NCBI GenBank assembly: GCA_038496445.1
Contig: JALMLS010000516.1
Location: forward strand, 376,002-440,001
Reading direction: 5' to 3'
Source: Trichosphaerium sp. ATCC 40318
Taxonomy: Eukaryota > Protista > Tubulinea
DNA length: 64,000 bases
In this document: positions 52,724-64,000 of the stretch, one piece after another
Layout: every line of letters starts with the position of its first letter
How positions within the stretch are numbered: the stretch's first letter is position 1
Translations under genes and position numbers: made by a program
The notes under the pieces: model-generated
What the model was told of the DNA's origin: nothing
Databases searched by the model: none
Seen by the model: the letters and a program-made list of their open reading frames with translations, nothing else

Positions 52724-53750
52724 ATGAAAGAGAAGGATAAACACACAGCCAAGAAGCTGGCAAAGCCAGCTTCTGGCTGTGAAAAGTGTAATTTATGTCA
52801 CCCACAGCTAACTAGTCTATATACTAGTAACAGTTCAGTGAAAACAACTATAATTATATTCAACAAAGAAGTTGTTGCACGCTTTGCTTGGTTAAGAAAG
52901 CCTTCCAAAATATTTCAAACCAAAGTTGAGCAGTTAACTTTGATGGAGGATGAAGCCATGCTCACTGGTTTTAAGGATATTATGGCTCAATTTCTCCATT
53001 AACAAAGTATATGCTTTAACAAGACCAGGTACATGTATTGAATTTGATGAACAACACTCTAGACCTCAACAAATGGCATCAAAGCCCCATATATGCCACT
53101 GCAACTGTCATTTGTTCAAAAACACAAAAAATTGTTCAAAAACATGCTGATGCTGCTATCAACAAAGCTTATAACTGCTTTAGCAAAGAAAAAGCTTTTA
53201 GAAATCATGGTATGTGGTATTTGGCATCAAACTTAACCAAGATAGATCATTTAGTCAGTAATGAATCCAGTGGAGTTGCTAAGTAAATACATGATGTTAT
53301 TGAAGCTATTCCTAGACATGGCAGCTTACAACATCATTACAACATAGCATAAACAATGAAAGGTAGTTAAAAAACTCAGAACATTTAGGAATCAACACTG
53401 AAAAGCACATGGGAACTACTTGTACCAAGAACTGCAAAAAATCCCAATACCTGCAATATTAATTGATACCATGTGATGTCAATTTTATTGCAATGTGTAA
53501 TTTCTGGTATTCCAAACACAATATCCTTTAATAAAGTTCAAAATGTAGCTTTTTGTTGGTTTTGTTGTTCTATTGCATAACTTTGGGGGCAGCATAGTAT
53601 ACTACTACTCATGGTGGTTTGAGATCACCATTATTAGGCAAAAATGACAGAAAGTATGTACTTGGAGTAGTTTAAGGATATTATGGCCTAATGGCTCTAT
53701 TGAACCACTTTTAAGTGACTATGCTTCAAGCATTTTCTGAAATAGTTGTC
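52724..53750 (+). mobile_element. Possible decayed DNA-transposase remnant (hAT-like)
   Basis: Broken intronless ORFs with CNLCH and CNCH zinc-like motifs and an ISFNKVQNVAF block; 16-nt TTAAGGATATTATGGC duplicated at ~52971 and ~53672. Confidence 0.3.
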
Positions 53751-53896
53751 AAGTTGTGGATATTAAGTTAAGTTTTAGTACAATAAGGCATGATGACTAA
53801 AATGTCTTTCAAGCAGGTTACATGATTTAGTGGTAATGGGGTTGTAATGTATTGTAATGTTGTATTGTAATGTAAATGTAGGTAAAGTATGAGTTG

Positions 53897-53924
53897 AAAG
53901 TACAGAACCTGTACAGGTTAAGTA
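53897..53924. repeat. Second copy of 28-bp direct repeat (first copy at 50863-50890)
   Basis: Identical AAAGTACAGAACCTGTACAGGTTAAGTA, containing the palindrome AACCTGTACAGGTT. Confidence 0.9.
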
Positions 53925-54239
53925 CAGGACAAAGAGAAGTGCTCAAAGAGATATGACAGGAGATAGCCTCTAACTTAGCTATTTGATTATATATTGTTAG
54001 AGATGAAGTCATTTTGGTTGTTGATAATGTTGGGAAGAAATTCCAGATCTTTTGTCCAACGAGGCAAAACATGACACATATTTTTTGGCACAAAATCTGT
54101 ACATTACACAACATACTTTCAATTTTACTGTAATTTTTATTTCAAATCCACCTGAATTGAGGTTGTGTTTCATGATGTTAAAGCACATATTAAATGATTT
54201 TGAACTGTAACACTTAAAATAAAAGCCAAAAACTGTTTA

Positions 54240-55662
54240 TTACAAATCATTATCTAATAATTTATCATCAGCTTGTAAAGCTTTAAACAAATTAATAACT
54301 TTTGTAATTGCTTGTTTAGTTGAAGTGAATGGAATCTTATCTGCACCATCCAATAAATCACTCAAGCCAGAGTAGTCGTACTTGTAAGCAATTACAAGTT
54401 CTGGTTTGCTTTTATCTATGCTGATGTACTTGGATGCATCTGGCAACTAACAAGCTTGTTAGTTTGACTACTTTATATTGGAACTGTACCACTTCAGTGA
54501 CAAGAGACACAAATTTCTCAACAGTTATCACATCACACTTGATATTCAGCGCATAGGCTCCTTTTTTGGTGGATACAGCACAAGCAACAAAGGTAGCAGC
54601 CACATCATCAACATAATTAAAGCCAGTGAAGCCAGTAAACTCTATTGTGTACTTTCTCTGAAGCAAGCAGGCTAAAACAGGTCAGGAAAGCAGATTTAAG
54701 AGACTCAGTCAACTAAAGAAGTTACCTTTTATGGCCTTTGTCGGTGCTGATGTCAATCCAACCTCACGGCCAACACCAAAAATAGTTAGTGGTCGCAATC
54801 CAACAGAATCAATGCCGTCATGGATGCTGCATGTCAAATCAGCAAAATGCAGTACAAAGATACAACGTACTTGTAGGCACGTGCATTGCCTTCATTTGCA
54901 ATTTTGTACACGCCATAGTGAAACTCTGGATGGTGATGCTCGTCATCGAGAAGTGCATCACGTGAATAGTCAGCTTGACGCGACGCCACTCCAGCAGATG
55001 ACGCATACACAACACGTGGAGCTGGCTTTCCTGCCTGCTTCATGGCCTTGGCTGCTTCGAAGACCTAACACGCCCATCAGCCATAAAGTATGCGAAATAA
55101 AAAACGTATACGTTGATGGTTCCCAATACATTGACCTGCGCTCCCAAAACTGGATTTGCCTGACAACTTGGAATTTGTAACGCGGCTGTACACTAGGATA
55201 AGCCATTAAGTTTCTAACGCTGTACGGTACCTAAATGGATGATGTGCGTTGGTTCAAAGGCCAAAACAGACTCCTAAAAAACAACCCAAATCAGAATGTG
55301 TACTAGTGTGTCGTGCACGCGCCTTTACGAAAGCAGTATCCGCCACAGAGCCGTAGCATCTACGACACGTTAACGATAAAATTTGAAAAGGGTACAAATA
55401 CCTTTCAATACTTGCCACCTGTTCACTGGTCAATACTTGCTTGTATATACCGTCGTTTTGCTTTAAATCAAGAACCATAATCTTTTGAGGCTTTACAGTC
55501 TCTAATAAGCGCTTGCAAATCCATGTGCCTATTAGACGTGAGTGTTAGCCGTTTTACAGTACCGTACCGAGGAAGCCCTGTCCACCTGTAATGAAAAATC
55601 TTTCTAAAAGTCAGACTACATTTCTAGCACCAAAAAAAACAACTTTACCGCGTTTTTGACAT
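54240..55662 (-). CDS. NAD-dependent epimerase/dehydratase (extended SDR)
   Basis: FFITGGQGFLG (TGxxGxxG), THIIHL, VVYASSAG, YGVYK (YxxxK), GLRPLTIFGVGR, YVDDVA. Confidence 0.9.
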
Positions 55663-55841
55663 GCCAAATTAACTCGTGTTTGTTGTTTTTGTGATGTGTC
55701 AAAATGACTTGTTTTCTTACACAACTTAAAAAGCGTGTACCAAAAACACTCGCCAAGAATACCACGCAAGATGTTTTTAAGCTACAATTCATGGAGCTCA
55801 CTATTTTACATAACGTGTAAACTTCGAGCCTGTTGCTTACG

Positions 55842-56344
55842 ATGAAGCCAGTTGTACCAAAACCGGATAGAATTGATGGTTGGCGCGCACGTGCTGGCTG
55901 TTTGCTGGTTTCCGCTGATGAACGGCGCGTGTTGCTCATTTCGAGCTCAAGCAACCGCAACAAGTTTATCATACCTGCAGGTGCGATCTAACGGTGTAAC
56001 AAACGAAGAGAGATAGAATAGAATTTTACCGTAACGGTTTTCATTTAGGGGCCTTAGAATTAGATGAGTTCGATAACCCCATGAATGGAGCTACACGCGA
56101 GACGTACGAAGAAGCTGGCGTAAAAGGTAGCATTGTATGCACGTTGGGTGTATTTGAAAACCACAAAAAGAAAACAAGAACGCACTTCTACGGCATGCAC
56201 GTAGAGCAAGAGCTCAAAGACTTTCCTGAAAGCACCTTTAGAAGCCGCAAATGGTTCGACGTGTCCGAAGCGCTCAAGCAATTGGAACATAGGCCATTGC
56301 AACAATCAGTGTTGAAGCGCTTTATATCTCAACGCAACACTTAG
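55842..56344 (+). CDS. Nudix hydrolase, DIPP/NUDT3-like
   Basis: RARAGCL...VLLISSS...IIPAG-ALE...ATRETYEEAGVKG (Nudix box), RSRKWF; one intron. Confidence 0.88.
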
Positions 56345-56566
56345 CCAACGGTTATTGCTACTACTAGCCTTTTTTGTCGAAATGATCATGTTAGGAAAAA
56401 CAATAAAAAACCTGTATCCTTCCATACTTGAGTCACTGGTTTAGTTAGGACGCGTTTAATAGCGCACGGCAGTCCTTGTTGCGGTGTGGTTAGTTGTAAT
56501 TGCAGTGCTAGTTAAGGGAGGTAACCCCCAAAAAAGTTGTACGAAAAACTAAACAATTAATACACA

Positions 56567-58883
56567 ATGGATGAGCTCGAGGACCTCTTAAATGATATAT
56601 CTGCAAATAAAACGCCTCGCACAGCTCCACCGATGTCTGTGCAGAGTACAACCAGTACTGAGCCGTTTAATACCAGACAACCTATTGCTTATACTCCAAA
56701 GCGGTAGGTACTCAAGGTACAGACGAACTGGAGCAATTAATGGCAGATTTGGGCGGAGCTGGTTCACGACCGCCGCAACGAAAGCCCAAACAGCGCCCAC
56801 AGAACCCTCGTAAGCAAAAAATAGTTTTGACGCAGTTTGTTCGTTAATTTAGGAATACTAGCCCCAAACGCGTTGGATGACCTCGATACCCTGATGGCTG
56901 ACTTACAAGCGGCGCCACGATCCACAAAAAAGGCACCACCTCCCGAAGAGAGTGGAGACGGTTTAGACGAGCTAGATGCGCGTAGAACATGCACTTAACG
57001 TTAGCTGACGACAATTTATAGCAATTGATACAAGGACTGAAATCGACCGGCAACACCATGCGTGGAAAGTCTCAAAGACAAGTTATCGCAAATCCAACTC
57101 AGCCAGCAGCTGCGCCTGTTCGCAATGACCGCGCTAGTGGCACAATGAGAAGCTCGACAACGAGCCTAGGCGAATTAGACGAACTCATGGCAGACTTGAC
57201 ATCTGCCAGCATAAACCCACCGCCGCGTGCCACTCACAACGAACCAACACGCCCTGCACCACCAAGCTCAACAGATACTTTAGACGACTTGCTTAAAGAT
57301 TTAGCTGGTCCACAAGCAACCATACAACCACACCCGCCACTTCCACAGCGACAACACTCACGCCCTCCTCCAGCAGCTACACAGTCCCGACGATCATTTG
57401 ACAACAAGTCAAACTCTTCTAGCGACGAGTTGGCTCAATTGATGCAAGATCTAGGTACATATTTATCCCACTCGTTTTTCTGTTTTGTCAAGTGCGAGCA
57501 ACCTCACTAACTCTCCATGCCAAAGAGGGCACCTCATCCAGATCCAATACCAAGACACCACAACGCACAGCCCCAAAACCAGCAACGAATGCTAAGGTGT
57601 CAAAGTCGGACGTAGACAACCTCATCAGCGATCTGACAGCACCCAAGAACGAAGGCAAGCCGCGTCAACACTTTGTCACAATTGGCAGTACAAAAACTAA
57701 TTTTGTTGTAGGATCAAACAGCAGTCATATTGCACGTGGCAGGCCTGCTGCTTCTGGCAGGCAAGAACTAAATGACCTTCTAGCAGACTTGGGTGCTTCT
57801 AACTCAGCCGGTATGGTTGCTTTAAATACGTGATTGCACGCTCATTTATACGTCACACATAGGACCTAGCAACATTGATAATATTTTATCTAATCTCTCG
57901 GAAACACCAGTTGTACAATACGGCTCCAATTCACAAAATCAAGTAGGCAGCGTTGCAGCACCACCCCAAATGGACCCCAATGCTAGTTTCGTGCACGCAA
58001 GTGCAATGCCACCACAAGGTGGACAATATGGCGGTGGATACGGCATGCAACAAGGTGGGCATCCAGGCATGCCTCCACAACAAGGTGGCGGACAGATGGG
58101 TGCAGGTCAGCAGGGAGGTATGTATCAACAACCTCAACAATCAGGCCCGGCTTGTGCACGCTGTATGAAGGTACTAGGCGTAGCCTTAACTTGTTTTGTC
58201 AAGCGTATCTCTATTTTATGAGTCATCCATTAATCCCTCAAAAGGTGGTGCAAGGACAAGGTGTAAGTGCACTGGGAAAACTGTGGCACATGAACTGCTT
58301 TGTTTGCATGAATTGTATCCGTACGTTCCCAGGAGGTAACTTTTTTGAAAAACAAGGACAGCCGTACTGCCAATCGTGCTTTTACTCTGGTTTCGCTCCA
58401 ATGTGCAAGTACGTTCTTTCTAGTAAGGCCACAGAGAGATTAAACATTCTTTTCGCATAGGTCCTGCAACAAACAAATATTTGGATCCTACATTAGCGCT
58501 TTGGGCGCCACGTGGCATCCAGATTGTTTCACGTGCCACACGTGCAAAAAAGCGTTCGCCAACAACGTATTTTTCGAATACAGCGGCATGCCGTACTGTG
58601 AAGTCCACTATGCAAAACACACAAGTATTGTCTGTGCCACTTGTAATGCGCCTATCATTGGCCCTTGCGTTGAAGCCTTCAGTACGTCCAACATTTTGGG
58701 GTTTTTTTTGTTTTTCAAACTCAAGACATTCCTGTCAACAACCGCTCATTCCGCTTAGACAAGAAATATCACAATAATTGCTTTGTTTGTACGTTTTGCA
58801 ACAACAGCCTGGCAGGTGGCTCTTACATTGAAAAGAATAATTCGCCATACTGCCGAACATGCCATAGAAGACTGTTTGGCTAA
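56567..58883 (+). CDS. Paxillin-like adaptor (about 10 LD motifs + 3 LIM domains)
   Basis: MDELEDLLNDI start and repeated LDxLxxxL motifs; three LIM domains (CARC..HMNC, CKSC..HPDC, CATC..HNNC); ends RLFG. Confidence 0.9.
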
Positions 58884-58922
58884 ACAACAACCTTGTAATT
58901 GTGAAATAAAATGTGTGTCCAT

Positions 58923-60854
58923 TTAATCGACCCCCACTGCATACAAACTGAGCTCCACAAAGAAAACAAAAATAGTAAAATGCTGCACAAATGAAGGCAA
59001 TCCAATTTATGCGAGTTTTGTGTGCTGTACATGAGGTTGTGCATAAAAAGAAAGGGTTTGTTCCAAATATGTGTCATAGCAATTTTTAAGGTACAAAAAA
59101 ATCTAGTAGCCAAGTTTTAAATCTACCAGGCGCTTCCATGTAAGCGTCCATAACGGCTCTAGCATCAGCCTCCGATGGCATTCTGATAAATGCACGTCCC
59201 TGTATTTCAGGGCGATCAGCACGGAGGTCATCGCCAATGAATACCTTGGCGCTCGCAACTGTAGCGTAATCTAAGCATAGGTCAGACTATTTTTGTTCTC
59301 AAAAAACAAAGAAAAGCAATGTTATCATGAAGAGAGTTAAAGTGTGTCGCACCTCTGATAAGATTGACCACTTCATTGCGATCGCGTGGAGCTGTGAATA
59401 GGCATGTAATGCGCAAAACTTCGCTTGGTGGGTTCCTAATACGTGCATAAGTTGGATGAACGCTTCCAGTACAACAACCACAGGGATAGTATTGTTTAGA
59501 GCGTAGGTACACCGAAACAAAAAAAAAAAACCCAAAGTTTCGCACTTTACTACTGGGTCAGTGTTTTCTAGCCACATGCGACCTCCTTTGAAAGGCTTCC
59601 CACCGAGATTGAACGCCTTTCTGGCATCGTTCCAGGTGTAGAACCACACGAAGAATATCCTAAAAATGAGCAACTTAGTTTTAAACACAACACGGTAGTG
59701 TGATATCGTACGCTCCACGCCTTGTATCAACTTGTTTAATTTCAGCCACTTCCAGCTTGTGCTCCTTGAAAAATCCGACAATCTCGCCTGTACGTGCTTG
59801 GACATTTCGGACCAATAACCTACAAGAGGTGCAATCATTGCGCGGATCAAGCTTTTTCTTGGTGTCACCTTCAGATTCGCCTTTAATAAAAGTGAGACAC
59901 CACAGCAGGTAACAAAATGGCGGCTCTTACTCAATGAAGACTCATCACTTGATTCGTAGTCTTCCATGGTGACATCTTTTCCTGCTTTAGAGGCAGGTGG
60001 TGGTGCTGGGGAACTAGTAGACTAGATTATTTTCCAAGCAGTCCAATAACTGTGTGTACCTTTGTTTTTGAACCTGTTCTTCAGGTTGTGCCTCCTTTTC
60101 ACTTGCAGATCCAGAAAGCGCCGATTCTGAAGAAGAGGACGAAGAAGACGAAGACGAGGACGAATCCGACGAAGATGACGAGGATGAATCTGATGAAGAT
60201 GAGCTCTCTTCTACCTCTTGTTTTTTTGGTTGAGGCGCTGCTTGCGTTTTGCGCTTTTTGGCAGGATGTGCATCTTCGTTTGCGACGTCAGGCTCACGGC
60301 TTCTCTTGCTTTTAAAAGGCGTTATCGTGCTTCTTTGACTGTATTGGATCAGTGTAGACATGAGCGTTTTTAATCCTTTAGTTTGCTTTGCTGACAGGTC
60401 GTCCAGCTGTTGTTGTCTCGCAACAAGTGTGTCTGCCATTTCATAAATAGCATTGAGAGAACAGCTGGCTCCAGTTCCGTTAGTCATTGTATCTACTTCT
60501 GGTATCCGGGCTACGCGTTGCGGTTGAGGTAAATCTCGGTGTTGTGTGTCACGCTTTTGCTTAGCCTACAGATTAGGTGGGTATACGGCTGTGTGGCAAC
60601 GGTTGCTTTCGCATAAAAATTTGTAAAGTAGCAGTGCGTTCGTTGTATCGTACCTTTTTAGCCTTTTTTTCTGCCTTTTCGGCTTTCTTGGCCGCTTTGG
60701 CTGCCTTCTTTTCTGCCTTAGCTGCCTTTTTATCTACTTTTTGAGGCTTTTTCTTTTGTGGCAGGAGATGGGATGGCACTGGCTTTGGTGGCGCCGGTTC
60801 CTCTTTTTTTGGTTCGGATTCAGTAGCAAACCACCTGATTTTTTGTTGCATCAT
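58923..60854 (-). CDS. Lys/Ala- and Ser-rich protein with C-terminal RRM-like domains; both ends uncertain
   Basis: KKAAKAEKK repeats, Ser/Asp tract, RRM-like FFVWFYTWNDARKAFNLGGKPFKG and GRAFIRMPSEADARAV. Confidence 0.55.
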
Positions 60855-61533
60855 TGTGCCTAATTAATTTGTAAGGTCGAATAAGCGCCAGGTCACCAAC
60901 GATTGTTATGGCAGATGAATCAAAAAAAAAAAAAACAAAAAAGGGTACCTGGTTTTGGTCGCGCCCACGTAACCTTGGAGTCCTCAGGCCAATTGCTAGC
61001 AACATGTCAGCTATTTTTTTAGCGAATATAGGACAGTTAAATTAATCAAAATTTCCTATTTTCCGTTTTTAAAAAACGTACGCGTTCAAACCTTCATTAG
61101 CTGCCTCGTGCGTACGGAAAACAATAAATGCTGAACTAGTTAACGTTAGTTACTCAAAAATTTTGACAATATTACAAGCGTACAGTGTATTGTTCACCCT
61201 GTTTGATTTAAGTGTTACTTTTAGTATTGGCAATCCACGCAGATATCGGTCCTTGTAGGCATTAATATAAGCACTTGCTAACGCAAAAACGAGGCAGTAT
61301 GCAATACCTTTATGCTACGCTCTGTAAGATTGGCATTTGCCTGTGAGAATTTTACGAAAATCTCTTTGTTTGGCGCTTGAACTGGTGCTTCACTCTCTGA
61401 AGAGCTGCTGGAGTCGCTCATGGTTGTTGGCACAGTACTGTGACGTTTAGTTAGGCGTGGTTCACAAAAAACGAGAAACTAAACCACTTGACTTTTTTTA
61501 CCCGTTTTTACAACCAATTTGTGGCAAACAGTC

Positions 61534-64000
61534 ATGAGCAACAATAAGAATGCTCCTCCAACCGCAGAGCAGGAGAAAAAGCTCCTTGAAGAAGCGAAGG
61601 ACGTTGTTCAGACACAGTCCTTTCAGATGAAGCGAGCTTTGGTACATACTCTAATTTCGTGCTTAAAAATATTACATACGTTTTGGTGTGTGTAAAGTAA
61701 AATTTTTGCGTGCTTTTGGGCTGATCCCAGGTGTCACTTCCCTTTTGGATCTAACACTCGAAAGGACAACAACAAACTAATGGACGCGCTCAGTCACGCT
61801 TCGAACATGATTGGCGAACTGCATACCAGCCTATTGTCTCCAAAATGTTATTATGCCCTCTGTATCCTTATTTTTGTTGATAAAAACCACGTAGAACCAT
61901 AGTCCTTGACAAATTATAAAGATATAGAAGCGATGGATCATCTACGCTACTTGGAGATGTATCTTGGCGAAGAGAAACATGGCAAGAGCATCAGCAAGCT
62001 TTATGAATTGGTATGTGCGCATGGAGAACAGTAACGTTTATTTACTCGTTTAGGTGCAATACTCTGGCAGTATCATTCCTCGTCTGTACTTGCTAGTGAC
62101 AGTGGGATCAGTTTACATTAAAAGTAAAAAAGTTCCAGCGAAGGTTCGACAAGCTCTAGAAAAAAAGCGGCTAAAAAGCACGTATCAACACTAAATCGCG
62201 TAGGATGTATTGCACGATCTAGTAGAAATGTGTAGAGGTGTACAACACCCAACACGTGGTTTGTTTTTGAGAAATTACTTGAGCGAAATGACAAAGGATA
62301 AGATGCCAGACACAGGCTCAGAATATGAAGGGTACAACAAACTAAATAGAGAAATATTTGATTTTTTGAATGATAATTTTAATTTTATTTCTAATGACGC
62401 GTCTGTCGCTTACACAAATTGTAGAGCTGGTGGATCCACCAAAGATGCCATAAATTTCATTGTAGTCAATTTTATCGAGATGAATAAATTGTGGGTCAGA
62501 ATGCAGCATCAGGTACCCCCTCCTTCGCCTCACCAGTTTTTACCGAATATTTTGTGTAATCCATTTGTACAGGGTCCAGCACGTGATCAAGGAAGACGCG
62601 AGCGCGAGCGTCAAGAATTAAAGATCCTTATCGGCAAAAATTTAGCACGTTTGTCACAACTTGAAGGCGTTGATGCCAGACAGTACAAGAGAGAGGTAAG
62701 TTATAAATTTTTTTGCCAGACAGAAATAAATCTTTCGCTATACCGTTGGTGTTAATGTCTTGTTCTTCTTCTTAGGTTTTACCAAAAATCTTGAACCAAA
62801 TTGTGCAATGCAAGGATGTCATTGCTCAAGAGTACCTCATGGAAATTATTATACAAGTACGACGCGTTTTTAGTCGCTTCAATTTGTAACATTTTTGTCT
62901 TAGATCTTTTCTGATGAATTCCATCTTGCAACCCTCCCCCTCTTCCTCAAAACGTGTGGAAATGTAGACAGCAAAGTAGATATTAAGAAGATTATTGTGT
63001 CACTTATCGACAGACTGGCCAAGTTTGCCAGCCGATCACCTCACGCCATCCCAACCTCCATCAAAATATTTGACATTTTCTACCAACAATTAGAAGCCAT
63101 CATTTTGGTACGTACAAAACCGCGAATCAACAACTTGAGTTGTCTAAGTAACCATTTAAAATAGGAGAGGGAATCAATGAGCGATCAAGATAAATTGGCC
63201 ATGCTCGTCTCTCTACAGAACTTGTCGCTTCACTGTTATCCTACTGAACTTGGGTATGTCGACACAGTATTGGCTCTGGCTACAAAGGTTGTAACCGCAG
63301 ACAAAGGCGCAAAGGGGTACGTTCTGCGACATAGGGTTTTTGTTTTTGTTGTTGTTTGTTGTTACGTGTAAACCTTGTACTAACCTGTCGCCGCTACAGT
63401 GTTATCACTGAAAGAGCAGTATCTCTTGAAGTACAAAAATTGTTAAAAACCCCAATGAACACCTACAACAACGTATTGCAGCTCATCAAGCTCGAAAAAT
63501 ACACTGCCTTGTTGCAGACTTTAAAATACGCGGATAGAAAACGTACAGCCGCAGAGATTGGACAGAACGCCATAGACAACGCCACCAAAATCCCTAACGC
63601 GGATTCTGCTGTCAAGTTATTGGCCATTCTCAAACCTCTTGTGCAGGACGAAGACGATCAACCTGATGAAGAGATTGACCCAGTACGCCGTTGATTCTTA
63701 GCCACACAAGTCTAAACAATAGCGTTTGCTTTTTTTTTATTGTCAAGTTGGGTAGTGCTCTCAAATACATTTTTAACACACGCAATTGTAGGAAATGTTC
63801 CAAGATGAACAAGCGCTCATCGCTAGATTGATCCATAGGTTTGACTCTGACACTATTGAGAGCCTCTTTGCAACGTACATTGAAGCAAAGAAGATTTTCG
63901 ATTTGGGTGGTAAGTACCCTGCTTTGTTAGCCACAGTGCACCCCTGAATACCTCAACAAATTTTTTACTTTGCCTACAGGAAACAGAAAACGATACACTT
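61534..64000 (+). CDS. VPS35: Retromer subunit VPS35, 3'-truncated by window edge
   Basis: [80 protein letters not shown]. Confidence 0.97.
61862..61921 (+). other. U12-type (minor spliceosome) GT-AG intron in VPS35
   Basis: Donor GTATCCTT, branch TCCTTGAC (61903-61910) 11 nt before the end of the intron, no pyrimidine tract; removal restores [16 protein letters not shown]. Confidence 0.9.

Noticed and set aside
57655-57711. Additional GC-AG intron in paxillin
   Set aside because: It is 57 nt, in frame and stop-free, so sequence alone cannot show that it is spliced; left out of the count
60127-60740. GAAGAC-like and GCCTT-like repeats as satellites
   Set aside because: They encode the Ser-rich and Lys/Ala-rich tracts of the minus-strand RRM-like gene
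1-64000. Alternative genetic code or stop readthrough, suggested by the fragmented ORF track
   Set aside because: In the conserved genes I traced, in-frame stops fall inside introns, and TAA, TAG and TGA all end genes

Overview
Gene-dense eukaryotic nuclear DNA (roughly 40% GC, standard genetic code) with many short introns, mostly 40-60 nt, and a GTACG-like donor consensus. The ORF track therefore shows only exon fragments, and I spliced the gene models by hand. A GbpD-type RasGEF/cNMP/GRAM gene, paxillin and a class C GPCR point to an amoebozoan or similar protist (inference). About 25 protein-coding genes are present: ADK, Rab32/38, UBC8, a PhyH dioxygenase, RluA, RCC1-TBC, GbpD, RPS4, METTL16, an F-box protein, a J-less DnaJ, a filamin-repeat protein, FHIP2, the GPCR, RPS26, PIG-W, DEP-Sec3, a PIPK-like protein, BLTP1/Csf1, an epimerase, a Nudix hydrolase, paxillin, an RRM protein and VPS35. 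A ~4 kb decayed transposon island lies at 50.2-54.2 kb. The most notable observations are: (1) a class C 7TM receptor whose ectodomain is a bacterial TtrS/PhnD-type solute-binding domain; (2) unusual splicing, including a U12 intron in VPS35, at least 14 GC-AG introns, a probable GA-AG intron, and 4-nt and 8-nt microexons; (3) a sharp CpG-depleted zone over the transposons that extends into the neighbouring genes; (4) several proteins with altered architecture or lost catalytic residues. Family assignments come from motif recognition, not from database searches.
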